DNA of 62,000 bases, from NCBI GenBank assembly GCA_013239625.1, contig MU054212.1, positions 5,676,270-5,738,269 on the forward strand, given 5' to 3'. Origin of the DNA: Lama guanicoe. Lineage: Eukaryota. Shown here in pieces: positions 41,701 through 54,363 of this stretch; position 1 is the first letter of the stretch; every line of letters starts with the position of its first letter. The notes under the pieces are model-generated. The model searched no databases and had not been told where the DNA came from. It saw only the letters and a list, made by a program, of their open reading frames with translations. The position numbers were made by a program, and so were the translations under genes.

Positions 41701-41748
41701 ATGAACTGGCACTTCTTCAGAACAGCTGCAGTGCTGTTCATTTGTCTG
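41701..41748 (+). CDS. DSG1: DSG1 exon 1 coding part (signal peptide MNWHFFRTAAVLFICL)
   Basis: gcagcgATG with G at -3; 48 nt ending CTG|GTAAGT. Confidence 0.95.
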
Positions 41749-44700
41749 GTAAGTGGATTCTGTTAAAAACGCTCCATAATCATTCTCACTGTAAACAAGT
41801 GAGAACTTTTAAGAAAATGTTATCTCGTGTTACTGCTAACCTGAACCCATGAAAAGTTTAATGTTAATGAGAAGGCGATTTTTATGAATTGGATTTTAAA
41901 ATAGTGCTTCTTTCCTTAATTGAAGACTCAGGATCATATTCATGCATCGGCATCAACACATCATATCACATCTCTGACATCGAAGTCATTGCTAAGTCAC
42001 GTCGGGAAAATACTGAATTTGGGAAAGTCTCATCACTACTTAATAGCATTTTGCTGTTCAAATTCTCTTTTGTCGGTGGGCTTTGAAAACTAATACCATA
42101 GGTGTGTCCTGATTTTTTAACTAAACATTTTCCTATATTTTTTGTATCTTTGCTGGTAGATTCACTATACTTTTAAAAACATAAAAATAGGATCCATATA
42201 TAAATTGAAATCATAGCTGTTTGTGACTGGCTCCACTTCCCAAACAATCTCACTGGCTCCGCAATGTGGTTGGGGGTCCACATTGCTGATATTAGAAGCC
42301 TTACACTGCCAAACTGTAATTTTATTTAAAACATTTTTTTTTAATTTCAAAAAGAATGGCAGTATGGGAGATTTATAAACGACATAGTAGGTGAAGGAAT
42401 GGCTATAATTAAGAAGTAAGTACAATTATTGTGATACCGGTTCTTACTACTGGAAAGTCAGAATGACGGTGATATAAAAGTTGTACATTTGATGCTCAGA
42501 CAAATGTAACAAAATGCTTTATCACTGCTCCTCTCATTCATTATTAGTTTTCTCTTTTTAGAGGTAATTCTAAGTGCGACCCCAATGCGACACATCAATT
42601 TCACTTACGTTGACAATTTTAAAATCACAGTAAGGTTAAGACACTCCAAAGAGGCAGATGCCAACTAAATTGCCCTCCAGTTTGGCAGGAGTTAGCACTG
42701 GGGTGCGTATTCATTTCTAGTTGCTTGATTTTTTGAACTGGATTGTTGGGTTTCTACAATAACCACTTAGATCTTAGATCCAAGGTATGCTGGTTAGTTT
42801 GATTCAGTATATTAATTAAGAGAAGCCATAATCACTGGATTTAGTTATCCATGAGCATCGGTAAGCTGCAGCGTTCGTTCCAAGCTGCCCTTCAAACATT
42901 AGCCTCATTCCATAGGCTGTTTAATGGAGCCTTAGGATCAGTTCATAGCATAACTTGGGACGTGGCAGAGATTAATGAACATCATACAGGATGTCATTTG
43001 AACATAGGGGAGCATTTGTTAATTGTGAAATAATCAAATACTTTAATTTTTAATTCCATATACATTCGAACCAATTAAGGCCCATCATAGTGTCAGTGGA
43101 TTGAAGTTTACTCACTTGCTTATGTACTTTTACTAAATCTATGAGACCTTATTTTTAATTTTTATGATTATTTCTAATTAATGACAGCCTATAAACTTTC
43201 TTTAAACAGCCATTTTCTAATTAGTCATTCTTCAGTACAATGTGTCATTTTATCAAAATTATGTGTCCTCATTGAACTTCCCCCTTTGCAGAGGGGTTTC
43301 CGGGCATTTGTATTTCATTTTCTGAGTCTGGATAGTTTTTGTTTGTTTGTGGATTGTTTGGCTGGTTGGGTGGGTTTTGCCATATTTTACTTTGGAATCA
43401 ATCACAAGTTTCTCGTATGCCTTATGAAAATTATTTCTCAAAGAACTTGTTTTATAATTATTTGAAGTATTTCTTTCATGTTATTGTAACATTTTTTTGG
43501 GTGTGTAAAACATTTCACTTTCTAAGGTTTAGAAAAATCACAATTTATTTTTACTACTGATTTTATCAGATTATTTGGATAAATGTCCTTTGGAGTTATC
43601 CAATTTATTTTTGCTTTAAATTACTTTTTTTTTTTTCCTGAAAATTAACCACCACCATAGCAAACTCTTCCATTTACCTTTCTGCTGGCCTTAGTCTGAG
43701 TAATCTTATGATGTAAAGTATTTGTATTCTTTTCTGCTCAAAGCTGGTAAGTGAAAATCTACATTAGGGAGGATATTTCAACAATTTTGAAGATCTAATT
43801 TAGTATTTAAACTGGTAGTATCTTTAATGCAAATCCATTTTTGAGCAGGGCAGCCGTATATTTACAAGTATGTTGTGTAGTCTGCTCAATGTACCTGCGA
43901 GTTTTAGACGTTGTTCAAATGAGTGGGTTAGACCAGGGAGAACAGAGCTGAAGAACCTGCCCTTACTGAGTCCAAGATTGCCACACAACTACTCCATTAT
44001 TTAGACAAGTCGCCTGGACACACAATCGCTTACAGCTGTTAAAACACTGCAAGCCAAATAAACGTTAGTGATTCTGCACTTATTTTTCTTTCTTTTCTGT
44101 TTCCATGAAATTAGTGTGTGTGTGTCTGGTGGTGGAGGGGTTAGAATGAATTCTAGGGCAGAAAACAGTGTTCCTTTTGCACCAAATATAAGGAAACTCT
44201 GTAAACGGTTATGACAATGGTATAAGGTATGGCATGGTGACTGTGGGAAAGCAAAACAGAACCAGCAGAAGTTTTATAGTGCTAATGATTCCTAAAACAT
44301 ACTTGCAACTTAGCCAGGTCCAATCAGTCAACTTAAATCAATGCAAATCTCAAGATGTCTTTTTCTACAAAGGCCAACTTCTGCAGCTTATACTCAAAGA
44401 ACAAATAAACCTATCTTCATCTATTGCCAAGAATAATTGATTTGTTCAGTTCATCTTGCCAGCCTAGCTTCTCCTTTTTTCCATGGTTAATGTTTCCTTT
44501 CTTACGAACTCCTTCGGACCACCTGATAATTCCATAAATGAACTCAACTGAAATTAATTTAGGAAATAAGCATTTCTCAGCACCAGGGCTAAAATACAAA
44601 GAATATACTATATACTTTATGACATAGTTCATCAACTTTTGCGAACCAGACATCTTAAACTCGCATAATTATGTTCACTGATGCCTAAAGCAAAAGAATG

Positions 44701-46559
44701 AACATGCTAGTACAGACCAATCAGAAGACAAGCCAAAGAGAGGATTCTTTACATTTTCTTGTGCATGTAGTATAATGATATATATTATAGATACCAGAAT
44801 TTCAGTAAAATATTTTAGAGAAAATGAAAGCAATATTTTTGTTCACCTGTCTGTCAAATTTACAAACTGTATTTAAACAAAATCATTTCCACTTACATGA
44901 TGCTCTCAACAGCTTTGGGATCTCGGTGCAGATTTTGGAACAGCATCTTCTTTCACCTTTATGAAAACAGAGTACAAATTTGTCATCATTTAATTGGCTT
45001 GCATTGCCACAGAGTAAAATCATTATTCCATGCCTGATTTAGGTAATAAAAAGAAAAAAACCCTAAAGAACTAGGAAATGCTATCTTGATAAATCTCAAG
45101 GCTTGGCCCCCAAGAGACAAGATTTACCTGCATAACAAAGCTCATGAATCTTGAAAAACAACACTCTGTCTATACCCAGAGCACTTAATTTCTGATAACA
45201 CTTTTCTCCACTACACACACTTCAAGGACACTGACACTGAGTATCCTTGTGTCTTTACAGGCATTGCCTAACATACAAGCAGGACGCAGACTCAGTACTG
45301 CAATTAGACTTACTGTGCCCCCCTCAGTGAGGGGGCACCCTTACACAGCGCCAGGTCATGCCACCCTAGCTGGTTATGCTTGGCATGCAAAGTCGTTTAA
45401 TGAATGTAGGTGGGCCAAAATGGTCTAAATGCCACTGGCTGCTGGTTCATGCTCTCAGTTGGTCTATGAGCAGAGAGCACAGCCTCCTACCCTTGTCTAA
45501 TAAAAACCACATCTTCCCAAATTAATGGCTGCATGCTGCTCATAAAACTACTTGACTGCAAGTTATCTGAGGGCAGGTCCTGTGTCCAACTCACTTTTGC
45601 GTCCTTCATAGTGCCTTGCACTAGTGCAGGGTTGCTCATTACATGTCTAATCACACAGAGCAGAAGTATCAGAAGAGAATTTTTGGATAGTTTATATTTT
45701 TCTTCCCTCACATACTCCAAAAAATCATCACAGTATTAAACATGGAAACAATCATGTTGAATTTCCTAACACCTATTTTTATGATGTAGTATTACATTTA
45801 CTTTACATTTAATCTAAGGTTGACTGTAATATTTTTAAGGCTTAAGTTCTTCAAAAGTCTTAATCCAGCCCTGGATACACATTTGATATTTATTTGTCAA
45901 ATAAATAAATCAACCAAGAAATAAGAGAAATGACCTAACAAAGTGTTGTCAACTCCAGACTGATCGCTAGCTATTGTCCAAGCAACACAAAGAAAAGACA
46001 AAACAGGAGGTTTTTAAAAGAAGCGAATTATTATATTTTAGCTTTATCTCAGGTTCATCCTTGTGAGATACATAATAGTTAAACACATTAGAATCTGATG
46101 CTTAAAAACTGCCAAGTGACTGTGGAAGACCACCTTACAATTATTAAATGCAAGAGGTTTTCCTTACAAAAATTTCCTATTACTTTCAATACCAAATTTA
46201 TTACATGCAAGGAAATGTAAACCTCAATGCCAAAAGGAAAAAAACTAAAAATGAGTATAATTAGAGAGTCACTGAAATCAGTATGCAATTTTGTGTCTTG
46301 TGGCTTAAAAAAAAATGTGGATTGGCTCCTAAAATAGAGATAACAGAGAGAACTCACTGAAGATGCACTTTAAGCGAATTATTCACTGCTTTCTTACAAT
46401 TTTTTAATTGGAAAAGGCTTTAGTCTTATATACATATGGGGAAACTGAGGCACAGAATGGCTCAGTGACTCACCCTGATGCTCATATCCAATGGGAAGAA
46501 CTGGGTTGTATTCAATCAGCGTGACAACCCTGTCGTCATCGCTAAGTGAATCACAATCT

Positions 46560-47820
46560 CCACAGAACAGATTCTCAACTTTTTTCAGAATCCAAACTAG
46601 TCCCCTAATTGCCCCCAGATAACCTTATCCTTCCCTTAGGGACAAGGTCTAGCTCATTCAGGACACTGTCCTTTAACTTCTCTCTCATAATCAAGTGATT
46701 TTAATCCCAACCTTTCCTCTCTTCCCTGCTCTCTGCCTTCCAAGTCCTTTCTTTCTGCCTCTTCCCTCCTGCTCTCTCCATCACAACTCCTCCAGTGAGC
46801 ATTTTCAGTCTGAACCTCTCCTCTTTCAAATCAAAATTTCTTACTCTCCTCCTTCTCCACCTTCAAACATCCATGTCTGCCTCTTCCAAACTGTTTCCTT
46901 GGACGCTACATCTAATTCTACCATCACATTTCTATGTTTTCTTTCATCACCAAGTTCCTTGGCAAAGGGACCATCTTTATGTCCTCTTTCCCTCCATCTT
47001 ACTCCCCAGTTTCTTTCAGTCAGAAAGAACCTGTTCCATCCAACTGAAAGCATTCTCCTCAAGGCCACAGAAAACCTCAGATTTCCTCAGGATTCCCTCT
47101 GCTCAACCTTTTAAATCATCTGACACAGTTCACTCCCCATCTGTCTCCCAGTTCTCCCTTCCTTTGACACCCTTGACATTGCATGATATTATCTTTTTTT
47201 TTTCAGCCACTTTTTTTCTAATCTCTTTTTGTTTCTTGTTTCTTGTCATCATTCCCAGTTTAATAAATACAGAAATTCCCCTAGTCTCATTCTCATCCAC
47301 AGCTGTTTCTTTGCTACATTCTTTAGGGATTTCAAATTCTCCCAGGATTTCAACTAACCTACCTGGGCAGACATTCCTCTACCTATCAGGTCTGACCCAC
47401 CATTGTTCATGGTGCTGATATACGTTTCAAACTGCTAGGCACTTTCGCCCAGGTGCTTCTCTGGCATCTCAAACTTGATGTGTTCTAACCTGCTACATTC
47501 TGCTATTGCCTTGCTCCTGATCTGTCAGTTCAAAACTGCCATCACTTGACTTCCCTCTCTTAACTCCCACATCCCATTGGGTCTAAAGCCCTGTTGATTT
47601 CAAAGCTGAAGTATCTCTTCCTTGATCTTTCCCTGTCTGTCCCCACTGCCACTGCTCTGGGTCAGCTCCTCAGCTCTGGCCTGACTGGATGTAGAACTGT
47701 AGTCACTGCCGCTTCCCACCACTCCCACCAACTGTTGTCAGAGCAATCTTAAAAACCACAATTTTATCATGCCGTTCCCATGATCAAAACACTTCGATAT
47801 TTTCCTACTGCACACAGGGA
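46560..47820 (+). mobile_element. L2 fragment in DSG1 intron 1
   Basis: caactgaaagcattctcctcaaggccac...ggcatctcaaacttgatgtgttcta...ccccactgccactgctctgggtcag. Confidence 0.7.
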
Positions 47821-48729
47821 TTTGATCTTAGAATTGAAAAGGTAACTGTATAATTTAGTCTACCCCTCTCATTCACAAAGGAGAAAACCAAAGCTCAGAG
47901 AACTGAGGAAGCACACTGAAAGTTTTCTGACTCTATCAGGTGCTCTTTTTATCTCGTTATTTTGCCTTTGAAAGTCCAAGAGTTTCAGAGTTTATTCTAG
48001 ATTCTGAGCAAAACACAGTAAGGTTATGTCAACAAAATACGTTTTTAAGCTGACCTGGCAGTTTTTTAATTACTAATCCAGTTGAGAAACTGACACTATG
48101 GTGAAACCTGCTTGGTTTTCTGCCCAAGTTGCTACTCATGGGAAAAAGAATGACCCAGCTTCATAAAGTTCTTAGTCATCTGGCACAGTTCTCCAAAACA
48201 AACAGCAGGCACTGACACTTCGGTGTGGTCAGGGAAGCGCAAGACAGATAACATGCATACACAGTTCTGTAGCTATGAAGAATGGCTTTCAAACAGACAA
48301 ATAAGATATCCCCACAACCTAGTCCCACGCCCACAAACGAGAGGAAAAAGTGCTCGTGAGTTCACAGGTAGCAAGAAAGAAATGCACATTTGCATTAATA
48401 TCATTTCCATTCTATGCCCAAGAGGGACTCTACGATACCATTTCAGTTCCTTGTCCAAACTATTTGGGCCATTTAGTTTTCCTCCCCACCCCCCTAGTAG
48501 TATTATTACTGTAGATAAGCACTCCTAATCACAAGGATATTATGAGATTAGATTAAAATCAGAATTATTCTGAATTCTCAGAGTTGTAATAATGCCAATT
48601 TTTTGTAGTATATTTTACTTAGTAATTTACTGGGAATAGGTTATCGTCTACTTTATTGTAAAACCGACACCTCAAGCACAAATTCAAGCTGAACTGTATT
48701 TGGATTGTATTTAGCCAAAAACTAATATC

Positions 48730-48860
48730 CAAACCTCAATTTCCCCCTCTGTAAAATGGAAAGAATTATAGTATTGACCACATGTACTTGTGAAGATTGA
48801 GTGGATGGCTTTCTCTAAACACACTGTCTGATACTTAGTTATCATTCAGTGAATTATAAT
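48730..48860 (+). mobile_element. MIR fragment
   Basis: cctcaatttccccctctgtaaaatggaaagaattatagta...tgtgaagattgagt. Confidence 0.65.
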
Positions 48861-50323
48861 GATGATAATGATAATGATTAACATTAAATATATACTATGA
48901 GTATATAATCCCTATAATAAAAAACATTTTCTTTGCCCTACTCATATTAACCATAAATACATATTTTCCTGAATTATCAATTATGGTGATTTTTAAAAAA
49001 TATGTACTTGGAGACTAAAATTTTATTTTTATTTAATGGAGAAATTAAAACTAACTATAAAAATTAATTTACTATATTTTGAAATTACTATTATTAGCAT
49101 TTTTTAAAATGCAAACTATAATTTTCTTTTATCAGTAACACAGATAAAGTCTAACTGTGATAGTTGTCATATTTAGCAATTCTGAAAAGAATCAAAAGAA
49201 GATGAAAATTTCTTATTTAAGGAAAAATAAACACTAAGAATTTATACCATCTTTAATCAATTCTAAGTGCAATTTAAAATTTAATAAATATAAGTAAATC
49301 TTTCAAATCCACACCTAACTTTTAGGTAGATATTTTACAATATCTTAAGGATGTTGATATATTGGACTTAATATATAAATGTCTAGTTTTAGAAATGCCT
49401 TTCATTTTAGAGAACTTAAATTATGTGTATGACTTTACACTACAAATCATATATAAAGATCATGGCCAGAGCTAAACTAGACAGAGCTCTGTTTGAATAG
49501 CTCACTTGTTTGAGAGGGAAGTTGTTTAATCCAGGAGAAGAGACTAATAAAAATTGCTCACCCAGCAATTTGTCCCTACAGTCTTGTAATTTGTTTTCAT
49601 CGCTAGGGGAGGATGCATATATATAATGTTTTGTTTCCTGCCAACAATAAAACATCCAATATGAACTCGTTTTTACATAAAGAAAATTGTTTTTATTTTA
49701 GAACTCTTAATTCACATATTTTAAAGCAAATTAAAGAATTTATCATCTGAAGATTAAGAATACTAGAAAATCCTCCATCCAGGATCGGAGTATGAAAAAG
49801 AAAATATTCTGAAGCTTTCCAGATATTTCCTCCTTTATAGCCTTTCTTTACTCCAAAGCTTTTTTTTTTTTTTTCCTATTTCCATCTTGTGGCTAGTTGG
49901 ATTCTGAAACTATAGTCAAAAGTTTTAGTACCGTAACATATTGTTGAAATCACTAAATAGAACCAGCTCTTCTGGCACAAGATTTCCTAAGAGACCCCGA
50001 ATTCCCAACCTTCATCCTCCCTGGGTTCTAGTGTCAAATGTCCTAGCTTACATGATTACAAATATTTGCATAGGCCAAGAATGAAAATAAGACTAAAAAT
50101 AATGTAATAAAAAGAAAGCAAAATTAAAAGGTAAAAACCAAAGGTAAAGGAATCTTTCCATCATCATCAGACCTCAAGAAATAAACCACATCCACCTGAC
50201 ACTGAACTGATAATATAATTCTAATGACTCACAAGACTGTTATTTTTTTAAAGCAATAGGATAACACGAACTGTAAAGCATTCAATTAAAAATTAACTAT
50301 TATGATTATCTTATTTTTTATAG

Positions 50324-50359
50324 GTGGTGCTGGAAGTTAACAGTGAATTTCGAATCCAG
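50324..50359 (+). CDS. DSG1: DSG1 exon 2 (VVLEVNSEFRIQ)
   Basis: ttatttttttatag|GTG acceptor; CAG|GTAACA donor; phase 0/0. Confidence 0.95.
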
Positions 50360-50623
50360 GTAACATACAGTAAATTAATTTTTTCCAAATTAAAAATAAG
50401 AAAAATAGTTTGGGAGGACTAACATAGTTTTCACAGAAAATCCATCACTATAAGTAAAGTTAATGTTAGGCTAAAATTAGTACATTATCAAAATGAACAA
50501 TTTTCCCAATTGAATATTCTTTCTTTCTGACATTACAATTACCCCGTCCTCAAAAATCTCCAGTGGAATGTGAATTATGAATAGAAGTTAATAGATACTA
50601 TTACTTTATCCTGCCCACTCAAG

Positions 50624-50755
50624 GTAAGAGATTATAACACTAAAAATGGCACCATCAAGTGGCATTCCATCAGAAGGCAGAAACGTGAGTGGATCAAGTT
50701 CGCTGCAGCCTGCCGCGAGGGTGAAGACAACTCAAAGAGGAACCCAATCGCCAAA
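50624..50755 (+). CDS. DSG1: DSG1 exon 3 (propeptide, RRQKR convertase site, mature N-terminus EWIKF with adhesive Trp2)
   Basis: cctgcccactcaag|GTA acceptor; AAA|GTAAGT donor; [44 protein letters not shown]. Confidence 0.96.
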
Positions 50756-51219
50756 GTAAGTATCACCCCCAAAGCACAAAATCAAAAATCAGGACAGATG
50801 CAGTTAAATTTTCAAAAAGAACCCTGTCTTTTAAATATTCTATGAACGTATTTTATTTCACAAGAAGTTATGATACAGAACAGAACTATAGCCATTCAGA
50901 TTATAAAAATCGAAGCCATTCAAAGTGTAAATTAAGAAATTTAGCCACTCAGGTGAACAGTTAAATACTGACTCATCACACTAGTGAAATTAATACACAA
51001 GATCTTGTGTTACTCTCAAATTCTGGATGAAAAAAATACAGTGATTTAAATAATGAATTTAATGCTTAGAACATTCTCAGACACTATTTTCAATGCGTTT
51101 TCTTTTTGCCTTGTAATCTCTCAGAATTGAGTTCCTACTTTTGGCTTTGTTATAAACATCCACCATGTACCCTCTTTCTTACTCTCTTTTCCTTTCATTT
51201 TCCCTTATCTTCCTTTGTA

Positions 51220-51300
51220 TACACACACACACACACACATATCCGCATACACAGATTCACACATACAAATATATACACTTATACCTACACAGATATACAC
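51220..51300 (+). repeat. (CA)n and degenerate CA/TA microsatellite
   Basis: tacacacacacacacacacatatccgcatacacag... Confidence 0.85.
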
Positions 51301-51915
51301 AGAGATTCCCCCATAAGATTGCTTACAGTCATACAATTTTTTTTATTTCTAAGAGAGTCCTAGTTTCTATAGCCGCTTATTTGAGGTGATCGCCTTAATT
51401 TTCTGCGAAAACATTCTCCTCATTTTCAGAATTAAGAGCTTCTAGGCAAAGTCAGTTAAATCTTGTCACCTACATAAATCCACTTAAAACTTTATTTAAA
51501 AAATTTTTGAATTGGAAGGTCAAAGTTACATAATGGCAACACTGGTAAGTTACTCGAGAAATCAAGGAGTTCCCTACTGTGTGCTGGTACAGAGCCTGAA
51601 CGTGACACAACCAATTGTAAATGTTGAATGAATAAATGCACGAAGGGTGACTGCATAGATTTAGATTAAGGTGATATTTTACCTATTTGGTACAAATAGA
51701 AATTGAATTTCTTTTATTACATCATCAGTTGCCACTAAAAATACTTGAATGGTAACTATTCCACTTACCTAGGAAAACAATTCTCTATTTCCAGCATTCC
51801 TCAGAAGATAACAGGTACTCACAGTCAACAATTCTCAAGAAAGGTAACTGTCCTTTGTCAAACACAGACTCCTGATTTTGTCCCTGTAACATTTTCCCTT
51901 GTGCTCTTTCTGCAG

Positions 51916-52071
51916 ATTCACTCAGATTGCGCTGCAAACCAGCAAGTTACATACCGCATCTCCGGAGTAGGAATTGATCAACCACCTTATGGAATTTTCA
52001 TCATTAATCAAAAAACTGGTGAAATTAATATAACATCCATAGTTGATCGAGAGGTCACCCCTTTTTTCATT
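51916..52071 (+). CDS. DSG1: DSG1 exon 4 (EC1)
   Basis: ctctttctgcag|ATT acceptor; ATT|GTAAGT donor; [52 protein letters not shown] (inside ORF 51745-52110). Confidence 0.97.
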
Positions 52072-53143
52072 GTAAGTGGGCTCCATGGCAAGATGTGTGT
52101 TCAGGCCTAAATTATTTTTGGAATATATTAAGCTCAGATCATACTTGATTTGATTTCAAGTCTCAATTAGCATTTTTAGTTTTCTCTTCTTTCTTGAGCA
52201 TCTTATGAGAACCAGTAGAATCAAAAGATTAAGAGAGGGAGGCGTGTTTCACTTATGTGCCTCAGCAAAAATGCTAACCTCTCGCCTGCCTGTCCCCAGT
52301 GTCAAGCTTAAGTGTTTGTTTGGAAGGGCAGGTGCCTAACTTTCTTCTTTTTCTTTAATTCAGCTGAGAATATTGGTTATTCTTAACTCTGAGGCCAAGT
52401 GATGATTCTGGGGCTCCTGATGGAACCTTCCCTGAGGGAATATACCTTACTATAAATTCACATTGCTCAAGTTCACCTGAGTTCAGAATGTGCCTTGAGA
52501 ATACTCTAATTCACCCTTAACTGAGTCTCACTCTATTCTTTACAGTGACAAAACTTCAAGCTCTCAACCTCGTTTCCACTTTAAGCAGCTGACCGGTGAC
52601 CAATTTTGTTAAAAAGTCTGAGGTCCTCCATCACAAACTCCCACAATTAATCTCTCCTCCAGTTCAGAAGTGTTCTGAGTTAATCCAAAAACAGGATCAA
52701 TTGTCTGCTTTTTCCCAACAGCTTATCCCACAAGCTATCCATTGTCCCATAATTACCTGTCCAAGAACTTTATTCAATCAACTTTGTTTTTTCATCTCCC
52801 TTCTGCTTACCCTAGTGGCTGTTTCCATTTCCATCTATCATTATGATCAACACTTGTTAATACTTAAAAATAAAGACGTAAAAAAACCTTTCTTTAATTT
52901 TGTAACCTCTTCTATTCAAGCCCCGTAATTTTCCGAAACACCTTCAAATAGTGATCTAAGCTTGCAGGCTTTCTCGCGCACTGCTTGTCTGTCTGCCTCA
53001 AGCTATTTTAATTCCTCAGCCTTCTATTCCAGTCTATATTCCTGCCTTATCTCCAACAATGTTTCCCTGAATTCTGAATCAGCATGCCAGCCTATTGGCT
53101 TTACTTGAAGCACAATGTGTCTTTTTAATTTGATAAGTTGTGG

Positions 53144-53660
53144 GTTTTTTTTAAAAATTGAAGTCTAGTTGATTTACAATATTGTGTTAGTTTCTGGTGT
53201 GCAGCACAGTGATTCAGTTATACATATATATATATATATTCTTTTTCATCTTAGGTTATTACAAGTTATTGAATATTGTTCCCTGTGCTATACAGTAAAC
53301 CTTGTTTATTTTATATGCAGTGGTGTATATCTATTAATCCCAAATTCCTAGTTTATCCCTCCCCCCACTTCCCTTTGGTAACCGTATGTTTGTTTTCTAT
53401 GTCTGTGAGTCTGTGTCTGTTTTGTATATAAATTCATTTGTATTATTTTTCAGATTCCACATATAAGTGATATCATATGGTATTTGTCTTTGTCTGACTT
53501 CACTTAGTATGATAATCTCTAGATCTATCAATGTTGCTGTAAATGGCATTATTTCATTCATATATATATACCACAACTCTATATATATACCACAACTTCT
53601 TTATCCAGTCATCTTTCAATGGACATTTAGGTTGCTTCCATGTTTTGGCTACAGTAAATA
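53144..53660 (-). mobile_element. Relatively young L1 3'UTR fragment (artiodactyl-type) in intron 4
   Basis: ttttttaaaaattgaagtctagttgatttacaatattgtgttagtttctggtgtgcagcacagtgattcagttata...gattccacatataagtgatatcatatggtatttgtc. Confidence 0.85.
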
Positions 53661-54218
53661 TGAAGTACAATGCATTTTTTATATGAAATATACCACATAG
53701 GCAAAATAGTATTCACTATACTCATGTACACCAACTAATACTAATAAAAAAAATAAAAACACCCACATAGGCACGACCTATCTTATGAATGCTAGACTTC
53801 TGTGAAGCCCTTGTGTGACTCTTCTTTATCACATTTTCAAACCTAATAGCCCCTAATTCCTAATTCTAAACAATGCGTTTCGATCACTTAATGTCTTTCC
53901 TCACAAGAATCCCTTTGGTTGAAACGCCCTGCAATTCCCTGCTCCACCTGTTGAAATTTTCTTTCAAGATCTCTCTCAATCCATTACGTCCTCCTCTGAG
54001 GTCATAGTAATTTTGTTCTTCCTTTGTGTAACTTACCATGTTACCTTTTCTCAAATGGTATTTTGAATTAGTGTTTGCCTCTCCTTGATTATAAGCACTG
54101 CTTATGGAGAAAATGTCCTACTGTTTTTTAGTTTCCCATAGCGCCTGGCATAGCCCTCAAACAAAGCAAGAACTTAACACGTGTCGCACCATGTAATTAC
54201 TTCTCTTTTCTCTCCTAG

Positions 54219-54363
54219 ATCTACTGTCGGGCTCTCAATGCCCAAGGCCAAGATTTAGAGAGACCTCTTGAGCTCAGAGTCAGGGTTTTGGATATAAATG
54301 ACAACCCTCCCGTATTTTCTATGTCGACTTTTATAGGAGAGGTAGAAGAAAACTCTAATGCAA
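54219..54363 (+). CDS. DSG1: DSG1 exon 5 (EC1 end with RAL motif, DINDNPP linker, EC2 start)
   Basis: ttttctctcctag|ATC acceptor; GCA A|GTAAGT donor (phase 1); [48 protein letters not shown]. Confidence 0.97.

Noticed and set aside
41628..41852. 74-aa ORF overlapping exon 1
   Set aside because: Different frame from DSG1, non-ATG start, and runs through the splice donor into the intron.
45315..45338. Near-perfect hairpin gtgcccccctca-g-tgagggggcac (a similar one lies at ~25574-25592)
   Set aside because: Short, isolated inverted repeats with no pre-miRNA-length stem or other support; plausible by chance.
46795..47418. Longest ORF in the window (207 aa) and overlapping ORFs
   Set aside because: Low-complexity S/L/F/P translation of a pyrimidine-rich L2 remnant in intron 1; no recognisable domain.
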